A stretch of DNA of 64,000 nucleotides from Rhodospirillales bacterium (GTDB lineage: Bacteria; Pseudomonadota; Alphaproteobacteria; MPNO01; UBA2964). Below, one piece after another: positions 62,488 to 64,000 of this stretch. The position numbers were made by a program, and so were the translations under genes. The notes under the pieces are model-generated. The model saw only the letters and a program-made list of their open reading frames with translations. It had not been told where the DNA came from and did not search any database. How positions within the stretch are numbered: position 1 is the stretch's first letter; the number at the start of each line of letters is the position of its first letter. Location of the stretch: the NCBI GenBank assembly GCA_038120295.1, contig JAYOLL010000010.1, positions 35,149 through 99,148 of the forward strand, given 5' to 3'.

Positions 62488-63887
62488 CTCTTATAGACGA
62501 TCCATTCTCCCAGATCGTAGAGCGTGCTGGGTTTCTGTCCGAGCAGCCGTTTGATCCCTGTCTTGATCCGGTAGAGCCATTCCGGCTGGTCGCCGAACCG
62601 GCTGGTGGGAGGCTCTTCGACGTTGGTGAGCAGGACCCAGAGCTCCTGGTGCAGGTTCTGGTCCGCGGTCGCGCGGTCGCGATAGGCGAAGATGCCGCCC
62701 GAGCCGACGAAAATGCCCTCATGCCCGTACTGCGTGGTCAGCGCCCGTCGCAAATAGGAAAAGCGGGTGGTGAACACGATGTCGTAGCCTGCCTCGTCGA
62801 ACGGCGCATCGACGACGGAAACCTCGACGGCATTCCCGCTTTTTGCGATCTCGATCGCCGCATCGCCGCCCTTGAGGGCCAGCAGAAACCGGTAGTCGCG
62901 CCTCCGTTCCCGGAGATAGTCGAGGCAGATCCCGACATTGCGACGGACCAGCCCGGCGAGTTCCTCGACCTGGCTGCGCTCCGGATCGCTGAACTGGTTG
63001 GCGGCGGCGATGTCGCGCGGGCGTTCCGCCCGCAGCATCTCGTTAGAGACCGGCCTGAACAGGTTTTCGCGGACGATCGTGCCGTTCTCGATACAGAAAC
63101 CGGGCGCGAGATCGATGACGGTCGTATCGCTGCCGGGATGATCCCGCCGGTAAACATCGGTGGGACGGTCGGGATTGTGAATCGGCTCGTTTGCCTACAT
63201 CAGATCGTCGTCGAAGAACACCAGATCGGCGGCAAAGGGAAAAGCGAAGCGCGGCCCGGCCGCGGCGGCGATCCGCGCCCACACGCGGTTGAAATGCGCC
63301 TGACGCTTCTTTGCCGTCGCCTCGGCGTCCATATCGGGCACGACATAGCAGTTGGGGAAATGCGAAGCGGTGCCGTAACCGCAGAACAGTTAATCGGGCT
63401 TCCCGTAGCGCGACAGCAGATCGGCGATACAGCGCGTCCGGTAGTCGTCCGGCGTTGCATGAACCGCGTCGTTGAAATTGAAGCAGGTCTCATCGCCGTC
63501 GCGCACGACCATGTAGGTATCGCCGCCCATGGTGGGCGTGATCTCGATCTCGACGCCGGGCGCGATTTCGGTCGGCGTTTTTTCCGGCAGTTCGATAACG
63601 TCGAATCCCAGGTCGCGGATCGGCCCGGCGATATCGAGCGCATCGGAAACGACGACTTTTGCCGACTGAGGAAGCCGCCTCAGCGTCGCGTGATGCAGGT
63701 GATCGGAATGGCCGTGGGAGACATAGATGAAATCCGGCGGCCGCGCCTCGACCGGCTCCAGCCAGGCATGCGGATGCAGCCACCACTGCGCCCCGAAACA
63801 GGGTCCCTGCCACCAGGGGTCGGACAGGATCGAAACGCCCTTCGTTTCCACCAGAATCGAGGCGTGTCCGATAAAGGTGATCTTCAT
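62484..63887 (-). pseudogene. MBL-fold metallo-hydrolase gene interrupted by two in-frame stops (TAA 63392-63390, TAG 63197-63195)
   Basis: This is one continuous 468-codon frame. It reads MKITFIGHASIL...HGHSDH...YGKPD-stop-LFCGYGTASHFPNCYVVP...FFDDDLM-stop-ANEPIHNP...MLRAERPRD...EWIVYKS. The segments between the stops keep coding-like, GC3-rich composition. The track shows only the 63390..63887 and 62484..63038 pieces. Confidence 0.75.
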
Positions 63888-64000
63888 GACCGTCGTCCCG
63901 TAATCATCCGTATCAACCCGCCCGCGATGCAGAACAGGGCGATGCCGAGCCAGCCGGCCGCCAGAATCTTCAGCCCGCCGAACGTCGTGCGGGGCGTCAT
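63884..64000 (-). CDS. possible small membrane protein (38 aa), or the 3' end of a longer gene beginning outside the window
   Basis: ATG at 64000-63998 gives MTPRTTFGGLKILAAGWLGIALFCIAGGLIRMITGRRS. The stop overlaps the MBL-fold start (ATGA). The ATG coincides with the window edge, so the true start is unknown. Confidence 0.25.
   Translation of the reverse strand: MTPRTTFGGLKILAAGWLGIALFCIAGGLIRMITGRRS

Overview
The window is GC-rich with strong GC3 bias and is densely coding, in the style of an alphaproteobacterial chromosome. Most real genes are shadowed by long antisense ORFs. I saw no rRNA, tRNA, CRISPR array, prophage or recognisable defence system.

The content is mainly catabolic and accessory metabolism:
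- katG (partial), a UbiD-family decarboxylase, and two xanthine-dehydrogenase-family molybdoenzymes with different subunit architectures.
- A cobalt-type nitrile hydratase operon (alpha, beta, accessory protein).
- Rieske oxygenases, several amidohydrolase-2 proteins and two 4,5-dihydroxyphthalate-decarboxylase-like paralogues.
- Three tandem 252-aa SDRs with a VOC protein, and a class II aldolase with LeuCD-like genes.
- A FerA/HCHL-type hydroxycinnamoyl-CoA cluster with two acyl-CoA dehydrogenases and an AcuI-type reductase.
- 3-hydroxyanthranilate dioxygenase with hydrolases, two sensor kinases with no response regulator in the window, a PEP-CTERM protein, an orphan HicB-like ORF and one IS1595-family insertion sequence.

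I did not recognise a clearly novel multi-gene system. These observations deserve a second look:
1. An A8 homopolymer fuses a sensor kinase in frame to the downstream FAD-subunit gene. Removing one A restores a canonical kinase C-terminus.
2. Three in-frame nonsense codons interrupt two otherwise intact genes. One is a MetE-like paralogue with a TAG. The other is an MBL-fold gene with a TAA and a TAG.
3. Three families of REP-like palindromic elements fill many intergenic regions and generate spurious ORFs.
4. Several proteins carry unusual appendages. The nitrile hydratase alpha subunit has a His-rich N-terminus, and the HCHL-type enzyme has a histone-H1-like Lys/Ala tail.
5. A Sel1-repeat protein is translationally coupled to a soluble histidine kinase.
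6. A terminator-like hairpin sits in the 5' leader of a decarboxylase-like gene.

All functional calls come from reading the translations by eye. No database search was run.
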